This document shows, one piece after another, positions 47,301-56,493 of a stretch of 64,000 nt of DNA. The position numbers were made by a program, and so were the translations under genes. The first letter of the stretch is position 1. Every line of letters starts with the position of its first letter. The stretch lies in assembly GCA_934119965.1 (NCBI GenBank), contig CAKOTA010000005.1, forward strand, positions 12,939-76,938. Direction: 5' to 3'. The notes beneath the pieces were generated by a model. That model saw nothing but the letters and a program-made list of their open reading frames with translations. It was not told where the DNA came from and did not search any database. The DNA is from an uncultured Bacilli bacterium. Its GTDB lineage: Bacteria; Bacillota_I; Bacilli_A; RF39; UBA660.

Positions 47301-47406
47301 AAAAAAAAGCACTCAATCTAACAAGATTAAGTGCGTAACCAATTGGCAAGTACTCAACTTTGCGATGTTAAGTATTCCTTTTTTATATTATGCAAGTTTC
47401 CTTGAT
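47301..47406 (-). ncRNA. Convergent antisense small RNA (candidate antitoxin) overlapping the peptide mRNA 3' region
   Basis: The minus-strand promoter is TTGTCA (47436-47441), a 17-nt spacer and TACTAT (47413-47418). The intrinsic terminator GCACUUAAUCU-UGUU-AGAUUGAGUGC plus U8 ends at ~47301, 12 nt after the peptide stop. Confidence 0.4.
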
Positions 47407-47489
47407 ATATCCATAGTAACACAAAAAATATTTTTTGACAAGTTTTCTATTTTGATGATATCAATATAATACCTACTTTAAGAAATTAT

Positions 47490-47536
47490 TATATGAAAAA
47501 AAATAGTTAATTAAAACTATTTTAAATCATAATTTA
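47490..47536. repeat. 47-bp direct repeat copy 2 (native aminopeptidase stop + terminator)
   Basis: This copy is identical to 47047-47093. It contains the TAG stop of the aminopeptidase gene at 47517-47519. Confidence 0.7.
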
Positions 47537-48650
47537 GATGCAATAATTCGGGTAATACAAATTTTCCATCTTTTCTAATCAATGTATGATCAAAGTATAT
47601 TTCTCCTCCACCATATTCTTCTCTTTGAATTAAAACTAAATCCCAATGAATTCCTGAATCATTACCATTATAAGCATCTTTATAAGCCTGACCTGGTGTA
47701 AAATGAATACTTCCTATTATTTTTTCATCATATAGTATATCACCCATTGGATTTCTAATTAATGGATTTAATCCAAATGAAAATTCTCCTACATATCTAG
47801 CTCCTTCATCAGTATTAAATATCTTATTAAGTTCTTCATTATTTTCGTCACATTTTGCTTCAATTATTTTTCCATCTTTAAATAGTAAAGAAACTTTATG
47901 ATAAATATTACCATTATAAGGACTAGGCGTATTATAAGTTATTAAACCATTAACAGATTCCCTAACAGGCGCTGTATAAATTTCACCATCAGGTAGATTA
48001 GCCTCACCAACACAAGGAATAACAGGAATATCTTTAATACTAAATTCAATATCCGTATTTGGACCAGTTATTCTTACAATATCTGTTTGTTCCATTAATT
48101 TTTTTAATGGAGCAATATCATTACTCATTTTTTCATAGTCAAATATCATAACATCTAAAGCATAGTTTTTATATGTATCAGTTGTCATTTTAGCTTTATA
48201 AGCATCAACATTGCTTGGATAATTTAGTAATACCCATTTTCTCTCATTTATTCTTATATAATCACTTTCTTTTGTTGTTAGTGCAATATTTTTTAAAGTG
48301 TTTTCATCAATATTTTTTTTACTATAATCATTAGTTGTATATCTAATATTGATAAAAATATCATAATTATTTACATCATCTAATCCATGTTGTTTTATTT
48401 CTTGATATCTATTTTCACTAGCAGTTTCTAATAAATAACTATTTATACTTTCATCATTTATTCTTACAAAAGGAATTCCTTTATTTAAAGTAATATAGTA
48501 AATTAATCTTTTAATAAAGAAACCATCATTTACATATGTATTTATTAATACTCTTTCATTAACATTCACTTTTACTGAATAATTAACTATTTTTTTAGCT
48601 AATTCATCTAATTTTGATTCCATTTTCTCACTCTTTTCTTTTTTTATCAT
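47517..48650 (-). CDS. Aminopeptidase, M29 (AmpS/PepS) family
   Basis: The 377-aa protein has an N-terminus LAKKIVNYSVKVNVNERVLI typical of the thermophilic-aminopeptidase family. Confidence 0.7.
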   Translation of the reverse strand: MIKKEKSEKMESKLDELAKKIVNYSVKVNVNERVLINTYVNDGFFIKRLIYYITLNKGIPFVRINDESINSYLLETASENRYQEIKQHGLDDVNNYDIFINIRYTTNDYSKKNIDENTLKNIALTTKESDYIRINERKWVLLNYPSNVDAYKAKMTTDTYKNYALDVMIFDYEKMSNDIAPLKKLMEQTDIVRITGPNTDIEFSIKDIPVIPCVGEANLPDGEIYTAPVRESVNGLITYNTPSPYNGNIYHKVSLLFKDGKIIEAKCDENNEELNKIFNTDEGARYVGEFSFGLNPLIRNPMGDILYDEKIIGSIHFTPGQAYKDAYNGNDSGIHWDLVLIQREEYGGGEIYFDHTLIRKDGKFVLPELLHLNYDLK

Positions 48651-48675
48651 AATATATTATGAAAGGGGATTTATT

Positions 48676-48864
48676 ATGTACAGATATTATCCAAATATGC
48701 CTATAAGAAATAATGATAGATTTGTTGGTGGTTTCTTAGGTCCATTTGTTTTAGGTGGTATTACTGGTGGTTTATTAGCGCCTGCTTTCTATAATGGCCC
48801 TGCATATAGACCTTGTTATGGTCCATATTGTTCTTATCCATACTACGGTCCATATTATAGATAA
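48676..48864 (+). CDS. Gly/Tyr/Pro-rich small protein (spore-coat-like low-complexity peptide)
   Basis: The 62-aa product has YGPY repeats (CYGPYCSYPYYGPYYR) and a glycine-zipper-like GGFLGPFVLGGITGG. Confidence 0.35.
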   Translation: MYRYYPNMPIRNNDRFVGGFLGPFVLGGITGGLLAPAFYNGPAYRPCYGPYCSYPYYGPYYR

Positions 48865-48885
48865 AACGTATCAACCAGATACGTT

Positions 48886-49428
48886 TTAATATTCATACAT
48901 TCCATTAATCTTCATTCTATCAGTTTCGCTTAAATCATCCATTTTCCATTCATTATCAACTTTAGTTAAGTATATATTTAATGTATATTTAACTTTATCA
49001 GTTGATTTTTTTAATTGTTCTAAACGATAACTAGTAAATAATGATTCATCATATTCATTTTTATCATTGTTGAATTCTTCTTTATGTTCATTTAAATAAG
49101 TTTCCGCATCTTTTAGTGTTTTAGAATAATCTTTGACTTCTATTTCAACTGTTACGGTTGCTGTATCACCATCTACTATTTCATCTTTTATTTCATATTT
49201 TAAGTCTTGATAATGTTTTTTCATTAAGTCTACATATTCTTTTCTTTGTGTGGAATTGAATAATTCTTCTTCATTAGCGACATCATTTAATTGTTTTACA
49301 ACGCTATCATCTAATGATTGGTAGTTGGCAAAAAACATTTCTACTTTTTTGGTTGGTGTATTCATCATTTTACCACCACAACCTACTAATAAGAATGGTA
49401 TAAATAACATCATAACAAATTTTTTCAT
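48886..49428 (-). CDS. Lipoprotein, hypothetical
   Basis: The signal with lipobox is MKKFVMMLFIPFLLVGCGG. The length is 180 aa. Confidence 0.5.
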   Translation of the reverse strand: MKKFVMMLFIPFLLVGCGGKMMNTPTKKVEMFFANYQSLDDSVVKQLNDVANEEELFNSTQRKEYVDLMKKHYQDLKYEIKDEIVDGDTATVTVEIEVKDYSKTLKDAETYLNEHKEEFNNDKNEYDESLFTSYRLEQLKKSTDKVKYTLNIYLTKVDNEWKMDDLSETDRMKINGMYEY

Positions 49429-49468
49429 ATTTTCCTCCTCATTAGTATTTTGTTTTGTTTATTTTTTT

Positions 49469-50092
49469 TTATACATTTTTTATATTAACAAAATCATTTA
49501 TTTTATTAATTATATTTTTATTTTCTATTTTTTTATTTAATTCTTTTATTATTTCTTCGATTGAATCATTTTTCTTATCAAAACATTCATAATATAAATA
49601 TTTTAATTTTTCAGGATTATTTTCATTTAAAATATTTTTTAGAACTTTTTTAGCTGTACTAATTTGTTCTAATTCTTTTCTTGTTTTAAATTCTTCTTTT
49701 TCTTTTGAGCCAATTATTTTAAATGGAATATCAACTTCTTTCATATGTAAACTCATATTTGTTACTTCAAATTCTTCATCTAATAATAATTTACTATATG
49801 TTGTCCTTTTTCCAATATTTATTCCTATTACTTCAGTACTATCAGTAAACAAACAAGCATAATCAATATGTCTATTTTTTCTTGATGTAAATTCTTCTGT
49901 TTTATTATATATTTTTTCTAGAAAAGTTTCTTCAAATATTATTTTATTTGTCTTTAATTGTTTCATTTTTTTTGAGTCAATTTTAAATATTGGAATTTTT
50001 TTAATATGTTTTATATTATCCGTTTTATTCCAATCATAAAATTCATAAATATTTTCATTAAAATTTAATAATAAATCATAAATGTAGTTCAT
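49469..50092 (-). CDS. Hypothetical protein
   Basis: A 207-aa ORF with no motif recognized. Confidence 0.35.
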   Translation of the reverse strand: MNYIYDLLLNFNENIYEFYDWNKTDNIKHIKKIPIFKIDSKKMKQLKTNKIIFEETFLEKIYNKTEEFTSRKNRHIDYACLFTDSTEVIGINIGKRTTYSKLLLDEEFEVTNMSLHMKEVDIPFKIIGSKEKEEFKTRKELEQISTAKKVLKNILNENNPEKLKYLYYECFDKKNDSIEEIIKELNKKIENKNIINKINDFVNIKNV

Positions 50093-50306
50093 AGTTTCCT
50101 CCTGGTAAATAAATTGAAAGAAAAATTAATGTTAAGCCTAACAAGGTATATAAACATTCAATTCTTCTAAATATAAAATTTACATATTCAAAAAAATTAT
50201 ACCCTATTGCTATCAAATTTAAATAACTTATTACATATATTAATCCTATTATAGTTAATGCATATCCTAACAAAAAAATAAATATTCGTGCAAGCATAAG
50301 CACCAC
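50076..50306 (-). CDS. Small membrane protein, hypothetical
   Basis: The 76-aa ORF has 2 TM segments and overlaps the downstream gene by 17 nt. Confidence 0.3.
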   Translation of the reverse strand: MVLMLARIFIFLLGYALTIIGLIYVISYLNLIAIGYNFFEYVNFIFRRIECLYTLLGLTLIFLSIYLPGGNYELHL

Positions 50307-50382
50307 CTATTTAATTTTATTTAAATATTTTATTTTTATTTATTTTTTTTTAGTTTTATTATATAATTAGATAGGTGATGAT

Positions 50383-51189
50383 ATGTTATTATTAAAGTAT
50401 ATTTTATTAGGATTTATTCAAGGAGTTACGGAGGCTTTACCTATATCTTCAAGTGGACACCTACTTATTTTTAAAACTTTACTAAATGTTGATGTTGATT
50501 TTGATACATTAGCAATTATTACTAATGCTGGTAGTTTACTTGCTGTAGTAATTATATTCTGGAAAGATATTATAGAATTAATAAATAGTTTCTTCAAATA
50601 TTTAAAAACTAAAGATTCTAAATATAAAACAGATTATAATTATTGTTGGTTAATTGTTTTAGGATGTATTCCAGCTGGTATTATCGGATTATTAGTAAAA
50701 AAATTTAATATATTTTCGTTACTAGAAAATAATGTCAAAATTGTTGGATTATCTTTATTAATTACTGCTTTGATGCTATTTATTATTAAAGATTTTAAAG
50801 GTAGAAAAGATAAAGAAGATATGAAAGTTAAAGATGCTTTAACTGTTGGTTTATTTCAAGTATTAGGAGTTTTTCCTGGTATTAGTAGAAGTGGTTCAAC
50901 AATAGTTGGTGGTATGGCTACTGGGTTAAAAAGAGATACTGCTTTTAAGTATTCATTTATGTTATATATTCCAATTAGTTTAGCAGCTACAGTAGTTGAA
51001 CTAAAAGATTTATTATCTGTTAGTATTAGTTCTACATTATGGATATATTATATTGTAGCAACTATTATTGCTTTCATCTTTACAGCTATATGTATTAAAT
51101 GGTTTAGAAAAATTGTTAACGAAGGTAAATTAAGTGGATTTGTTTATTATTGTTTAATCGTTGGATTATTAGTGATTATATTTTTATAA
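50383..51189 (+). CDS. uppP: Undecaprenyl-diphosphate phosphatase
   Basis: BacA signatures are present: GFIQGVTEALPISSSGHL and PGISRSGSTI. Confidence 0.9.
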   Translation: MLLLKYILLGFIQGVTEALPISSSGHLLIFKTLLNVDVDFDTLAIITNAGSLLAVVIIFWKDIIELINSFFKYLKTKDSKYKTDYNYCWLIVLGCIPAGIIGLLVKKFNIFSLLENNVKIVGLSLLITALMLFIIKDFKGRKDKEDMKVKDALTVGLFQVLGVFPGISRSGSTIVGGMATGLKRDTAFKYSFMLYIPISLAATVVELKDLLSVSISSTLWIYYIVATIIAFIFTAICIKWFRKIVNEGKLSGFVYYCLIVGLLVIIFL

Positions 51190-51242
51190 GTAGAGAAATC
51201 TACTTTTTTTATAAAATAAAAGAATGAATTTTTATCATTCTT

Positions 51243-51917
51243 TTATTTACTTAAATATTTTTGAAATTCTAAATTCATTCCTTCAACTACTTGTCGTTCA
51301 TCATAATTAATTGATTCAAGATAATTATTAAAATCATTTTTAAAATCAGGATTATTAGAAGCATTAACAATTTCCTCTAATAGTGGTATTATTGAACACA
51401 AATCTATTCTCTTTCTTCCATTTGGTTTAAAATCTTGAAGTGTTACATTTTTTACTTGTTCATAAAAGCTTTTATTATCTTTTATATAATCATCCTTACT
51501 ACATTTATATACATTAGTTGGAGAACAGATTTTATAATAGACATCTTTTTCAAATCTTAATAGTAATGTTGGATCATAAACATAATTATCAATTTCAATC
51601 CATCCGTGACCAGCATCTTCTTTACCATAAAGCAATTCTAATTCTTTATTATTGCCTCTGACTAATAAAGCATCATCAAAGCATAAAAACATATAAAGAC
51701 TTCTATCAAAACATCGTCCTGGAGTAATAATTGGTCTTAAATATTTAATATGCATAGAAACTGGGATACAAGAAATATATGTATGAGACATTTTTTCATA
51801 TAGTTGTTTATCAAATGGGACAATACTACCATTTAATAATCCTTGTTTAATCAATAAATCCCTCTTATTAAAATAGTATAATTTTTTTAAATTATCGAAC
51901 ATATTACTCAACTCCAA
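51243..51917 (-). CDS. Transglutaminase-like/cysteine-peptidase-fold protein (putative)
   Basis: A Cys (GRCFDRSLY) and a downstream His motif (AGHGWIEIDNYVYDP) are arranged like a transglutaminase-like catalytic core. Confidence 0.35.
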   Translation of the reverse strand: MELSNMFDNLKKLYYFNKRDLLIKQGLLNGSIVPFDKQLYEKMSHTYISCIPVSMHIKYLRPIITPGRCFDRSLYMFLCFDDALLVRGNNKELELLYGKEDAGHGWIEIDNYVYDPTLLLRFEKDVYYKICSPTNVYKCSKDDYIKDNKSFYEQVKNVTLQDFKPNGRKRIDLCSIIPLLEEIVNASNNPDFKNDFNNYLESINYDERQVVEGMNLEFQKYLSK

Positions 51918-52033
51918 TTCATCTATTAAAATATTAAATTTTTATTGTCCTATATACTATCATAAAAATTGATTTTGCGCAAATTATAGTTTATTCTAAA
52001 CTTTGACAAAAAAAGAACTGGAAAATCCAATTC

Positions 52034-52447
52034 TTACATAATATCATCCATTTCACCATTAATAATTTTAGCTGCCTTTTCATCATCAAGTTTTAGATCC
52101 TTTAAATCTTCGGCTCCTTCAACTCTTATTTTTTTTCTTTGAAAACCATATATATCTATCTTAGCCATCGCATTTTTTAAATCAACATATTCATCATATA
52201 TTTTTTTAAAATCTATCAATGATTGTTCATATTTTAATTCAATTTCTTTTATCTTTGTTTTATATTCTTCACTATTCTTTTTTAGTTTAGCTTTTTTTAA
52301 ATTTTTTAAATCTTCTTTATATATTTCTTCTGCATTATCTGCTTCAATTTTATCTTCTAATTCAATGACTTGATTTTTTAAACTATCATATTCAGCTATT
52401 TTTGAATCATACTTTTCAATCAAAACTTGTTTAACTTGTTCTAACAT
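52034..52447 (-). CDS. Coiled-coil protein downstream of ftsEX, hypothetical
   Basis: The 137-aa product is helical and charged. RBS AAGGAGGGT is present. Confidence 0.4.
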   Translation of the reverse strand: MLEQVKQVLIEKYDSKIAEYDSLKNQVIELEDKIEADNAEEIYKEDLKNLKKAKLKKNSEEYKTKIKEIELKYEQSLIDFKKIYDEYVDLKNAMAKIDIYGFQRKKIRVEGAEDLKDLKLDDEKAAKIINGEMDDIM

Positions 52448-52456
52448 ATACCCTCC

Positions 52457-53377
52457 TTATATCTTTAAATATTTTTTAACTGCTCTTAAACTTCCTATCA
52501 TACCAACTACTATACCAATGATAATTAATAAACCTGAAACCATATAGACAAATGGTGTTGGTTCTATTAATTTAATAAATGGTGAGAATAATTGACCATT
52601 AAATTCTTCATATAAAGTTGCATAAGCATAAACTGTTAATAATACTGGTATTATTGAACCAAACAATCCTAAAAAGAATCCTTCAAATATAAATGGTATT
52701 TTAATATTTATATTTGATGCCCCAACTAATCTCATAATTTCAATTTCTCTTTTTCTTGAATAAATTGTAATTTTTATTGTATTAGCAATTAAGAAAGCAG
52801 TAACAATGATTAAAGCAACAACCATACCAATTGAAATATTTTTAACAATATCAAATACGGAAATTAATTGTTCAACCATTCCCTCTCCATATTTAACAAC
52901 ATTTACTTTATCTAGTTTTCCTATTTTCTTAGCTGTATCTCCAATTTTTTCAATATCTTTTACTTTTACTGTATAAGTATCTTGTAATGGATTTTCTTCT
53001 GGAGTCCAGTTTTGCATAATGTTTTTAAATACTTCTGATGATTCCATCATTTCTTCAGATATTTTTGTTTTTGATTCAAATGTTACAGATTCAATATTGT
53101 CTAATTTTTTTATTTCTGACAATATCTTTTCTCTTCCAGCATCATCGATATCTACATCCAGAAAAGCAACTATTGTAACATCTTTTTCAACTAAAGTAGT
53201 AAAATTATTAACATTGTATGAAAGAATTATTGAAATAGCAACTACAATTAAAGTAATCGTAATACAAGAAATAGACGCTAAAGAAAGTGAAAAATTTCTA
53301 AATACTCCTTTAAAGGAATCTCTTATGCTTCTATTTATTATTCTTAATGCTCTCATGATTATAAGTTCCTTTCTCAA
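52457..53377 (-). CDS. ftsX: Cell division ABC transporter permease FtsX
   Basis: Four TM helices and a large extracellular loop give the FtsX topology. It overlaps ftsE by 47 nt. Confidence 0.85.
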   Translation of the reverse strand: MRKELIIMRALRIINRSIRDSFKGVFRNFSLSLASISCITITLIVVAISIILSYNVNNFTTLVEKDVTIVAFLDVDIDDAGREKILSEIKKLDNIESVTFESKTKISEEMMESSEVFKNIMQNWTPEENPLQDTYTVKVKDIEKIGDTAKKIGKLDKVNVVKYGEGMVEQLISVFDIVKNISIGMVVALIIVTAFLIANTIKITIYSRKREIEIMRLVGASNINIKIPFIFEGFFLGLFGSIIPVLLTVYAYATLYEEFNGQLFSPFIKLIEPTPFVYMVSGLLIIIGIVVGMIGSLRAVKKYLKI

Positions 53378-54038
53378 AATCTCTTAATATTCTTCCACTA
53401 TCTAATAAAATTGTTCTTTTCTTTAATTTATTTACTATTTCAGTATCGTGAGTTACCATTATTATAGTTGTACCCATTTTATTAATTTCTTCTAATACTT
53501 TCATAATTTCCATACTTGTTACTTCATCTAAGTTTCCTGTTGGTTCGTCACAAATTAATAACTTTGGTCCATTTACAATTGAACGGGCGATTGCTACCCT
53601 TTGTTGTTCTCCACCTGATAATTGATGGGGATAATTATTTGCTTTATGTTTTAATCCAACTAAATCCAAGGCTTTTAATACTTTAGGATAAATTTCAGAT
53701 TTAGGTTGACCTAAAACTTCCAAAGCAAAAGCTACATTTTCATATACTGTTGATTTGGAAAGTAACTTGTAATCTTGGAAAACAACTCCTATTTTTCTTC
53801 TTAATTTATAAACTTTGCTATTTTTAAGTTTTCCTACATCTAAACCACCAATATTTATTTTACCACTAGTTGGTTTTTCTTCACGATACATCATTTTTAT
53901 TAATGTTGATTTACCACAACCAGTAGATCCAATTATAAATACAAAATCGCCTTTTTCAATATTTAAGCTCATATCATATATAGCTGTTACGCCAGTTTTA
54001 TATGTTTTTTTTACATTTCTTATTTCTATCAAATTCAT
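53331..54038 (-). CDS. ftsE: Cell division ATP-binding protein FtsE
   Basis: Walker A GSTGCGKST, the ABC signature LSGGEQQR and Walker B LLICDEPTGNLD are present. Confidence 0.9.
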   Translation of the reverse strand: MNLIEIRNVKKTYKTGVTAIYDMSLNIEKGDFVFIIGSTGCGKSTLIKMMYREEKPTSGKINIGGLDVGKLKNSKVYKLRRKIGVVFQDYKLLSKSTVYENVAFALEVLGQPKSEIYPKVLKALDLVGLKHKANNYPHQLSGGEQQRVAIARSIVNGPKLLICDEPTGNLDEVTSMEIMKVLEEINKMGTTIIMVTHDTEIVNKLKKRTILLDSGRILRDFEKGTYNHESIKNNK

Positions 54039-54039
54039 A

Positions 54040-54948
54040 TTATCGCCTCAAACTTCCTCCAGACACTTCATAAGCGTCTGTTACTAAGAAAAATGCTTTA
54101 GGATCTATTCCTAAGATTCCTTCTTTAGCTAAAAAATAATCTTTTGTTGGTATAATACACATTATTACTTTTTGATGATTACCAGTATAACCACCACGAC
54201 CATCTAATACCGTAACCCCTTGACTTAAATGTTCCATTATAAATTTTTTAACTGATGTTTCGTGTTCAGTAACAATATAAAATGCTTTACATTGAGATAT
54301 TCCTAATATTACTTTATCAGCCATTAAACTTATTATATATAATACTATTACAGCATACATTACATTTTCCCAAGCATAAACATTATTATTTAGAAAAAAT
54401 CCTGCGGCTAAAACTATAATACCATCAGACATCAACATTGATTTTCCAATAGATACTTTTCCATATTTCGCAATTATTTGATTTATTATGTCAGTACCAC
54501 CTGTTGAAAACCCAGATTTAAAATTAGTTCCTGATCCTAATCCTGCAATTACGGCTCCAAATACAACTATTAAAATCATATTATCAATATTAAAATTAAT
54601 ATATTCACCCAAATTAGCAGTTAATTTAATACATAATGGATACATTATTGAACCAGCAATTGATCCTTTTGTTTTTTCCCAGCCTAATGTAAAATAACTC
54701 AATATTAATAATAACATTGAAACTATGAATACAAATAGTGAGGTATCTATTCCAAATAGTTTATTAACAACAATAGCAATACCTGATACACCACCATAGA
54801 CAATACTACGAGGTAAGAAAAATACATTGAAGGCAATTGAAACTAATAAACACCCAATAAATAGTGTAAAGTATCTTTTAATTTTATTTTTATTATATAT
54901 TTTTTCAATTATTTCATCTAATTTTTCTTTTTTCTTAAAAATACTCAT
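54040..54948 (-). CDS. YitT family membrane protein (DUF161 + DUF2179)
   Basis: A polytopic N-terminal domain and a C-terminal DUF2179-like region are present. The length is 302 aa. Confidence 0.65.
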   Translation of the reverse strand: MSIFKKKEKLDEIIEKIYNKNKIKRYFTLFIGCLLVSIAFNVFFLPRSIVYGGVSGIAIVVNKLFGIDTSLFVFIVSMLLLILSYFTLGWEKTKGSIAGSIMYPLCIKLTANLGEYINFNIDNMILIVVFGAVIAGLGSGTNFKSGFSTGGTDIINQIIAKYGKVSIGKSMLMSDGIIVLAAGFFLNNNVYAWENVMYAVIVLYIISLMADKVILGISQCKAFYIVTEHETSVKKFIMEHLSQGVTVLDGRGGYTGNHQKVIMCIIPTKDYFLAKEGILGIDPKAFFLVTDAYEVSGGSLRR

Positions 54949-56049
54949 TTTGTTTTTCCTTTCAAATTATCATTTATAAATTTATCAATTTCTCCATCTA
55001 ATACTTTTACAACATTAGTTTCTTCAGTATTTGTTCTATGGTCTTTTACTAATGAATATGGATGCATTACATAGCTCCTGATTTGTGATCCAAAATTAAT
55101 ATCTGATAAATTACCTTTTATATCCATTAGTTCTTTATTTCTTTTTTCTAATTCTAAGTTATATAGTTTATTTTTTAGTACTTCCATAGCTGTTTCTTTG
55201 TTTTGAATTTGACTTCTTTCATTTTGACAAGTAACTACTATTTTAGTAGGTAAATGGGTTATTCTAACTGCCGAATCAGTTGTATTTACTCCTTGTCCAC
55301 CTTTACCACTACTTCTATATACATCTATTCTTAAATCTGCTTCATTTATTTCTATATCAATATTTTCTTTTTCAAATAATGGTGTTACATCAACTGAAGC
55401 AAATGAAGTATGTCTTCTTGAGTTAGAATCAAATGGTGATATTCTAACTAGTCTATGAACTCCTTTTTCATTTTTTAAATATCCATAAGCATTAATTCCT
55501 TTTACTATCAATGTTATACTCTTTATTCCAGCTTCATCACCATATTCGCAATCAATGACATCTACTTTATATTTCTTTTTATTACACCATCTGTCATACA
55601 TTCTATATAACATATTTACCCAGTCGCAAGCTTCTGTTCCGCCAGCCCCAGAATGTAGTTCTAAAACAGCATCTAACTTATCATATGGTCCATTTAATAA
55701 TATTTCAATTTCTAGATCTTGAATAGTTTCATTTATTTCATTAACATCATTTTCAATTAATGATTTTAATTCATCATCATTAGAATCTTTTAATTCTTTT
55801 ATTATTTCAAAATTATCATTGATTTTTTGTTTTAAAGTTTCAACTTTTTCTACTTTATTTTTTAAATCGTTCAATTCATTTATTATTTTTTCGCTTAATC
55901 TTTTATCATTCCAAAAATTAGGTTCATTCATTTTTTCTTCTAATTCTTTTATTCTAATTTTTTTCTTGTCTGGTTCAAAGAGCCCTCCATAATTCTTCAA
56001 TTCTATTAGAATAATTCAAATATGTGTTATAAAGTTCATTTAATTCCAT
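54945..56049 (-). CDS. prfB: Peptide chain release factor 2 (requires programmed +1 frameshift)
   Basis: The SPF motif (RISPFDSNSRRHTSF) and GGQ motif (GKGGQGVNTTDSAVRITH) are present. Frame 0 runs from the ATG at 56049 (RBS AGGAGG) as MELNELYNTYLNYSNRIEELWRAL then meets TGA. The +1 frame continues as FEPDKKK, matching the track ORF. Confidence 0.85.
55985..55990 (-). other. prfB +1 programmed frameshift site CTT TGA A with upstream internal SD GGAGGG
   Basis: The minus-strand sequence is TGG AGG GCT CTT TGA ACC. This is the classic RF2 autoregulatory shift site, with an SD-like element 3 nt upstream of the CUU. Confidence 0.8.
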
Positions 56050-56212
56050 TTTATAACCTCCTACTCTTATTAATTATAACATTTTATAGATAAAAAAAAA
56101 AGAATTTTTATGATAAAAATTCTTACTATAAATATATTTATTAAATAAATTTTATTATTATTCGACAAATTATAATATTTACTTTTTTATATTGATGTGT
56201 TATTATGTATAT

Positions 56213-56317
56213 AGATGAGTTATCGCTCATATAATAAAAGGGAACATTCATTATGAATGTCTACCTATATTTGGTGAGACATTTAAGTCATCGACTTAAG
56301 TGTCATTTTTTTATTAC
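56213..56317 (+). ncRNA. Candidate small RNA (copy 1), antisense to the 3' end of a toxin-like ORF
   Basis: The -35 TTTACT is at 56178-56183 and the -10 TATTAT at 56201-56206. The terminator GACAUUUAAGUC-AUC-GACUUAAGUGUC plus U7 sits at 56277-56317. Confidence 0.4.
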
Positions 56318-56395
56318 TAAAACCAATATTATTAGTTGTAATAAAATAAAGGAGAAAGAAGAAAGTATTTTTAAATAAAACTCTCTTTTTTTCAT
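56303..56395 (-). CDS. 30-aa hydrophobic type-I-toxin-like peptide (present only in copy 1)
   Basis: The product is MKKREFYLKILSSFSFILLQLIILVLVIKK. RBS GGAGG lies 7 nt upstream of the ATG at 56395. The stop overlaps the plus-strand sRNA terminator. In copy 2 the RBS and ATG are replaced (…AATATTAAAAGAAGAG…). Confidence 0.4.
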   Translation of the reverse strand: MKKREFYLKILSSFSFILLQLIILVLVIKK

Positions 56396-56493
56396 CTTTA
56401 AACCTCCTTTCTTTTTTTAGATAAGAGGTAGACACCCATTAAATGTTCCATTTTATATTTTATAATATTTAAAACAAAAAGTAATTATTTTTC

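Larger units (their letters stand above)
56161..56400. repeat. Tandem duplication unit, copy 1 (~330-bp period)
   Basis: This unit is ~90% identical to 56494-56745. It contains a promoter-like TTTACT-17-TATTAT, the palindromes ATGAGTTATCGCTCAT and ACATTCATTATGAATGT, and a hairpin plus T7 terminator. Confidence 0.6.

Noticed and set aside
56213-56340. Plus-strand 41-aa ORF (MNVYLYLVRHLSHRLKCHFF...) inside the tandem repeat units.
   Set aside because: Its RBS is weak. The differences between the two copies are non-synonymous in a cluster (LYLV versus QNLT). The ORF runs through the terminator hairpin and T-run, so it fits a non-coding RNA better.
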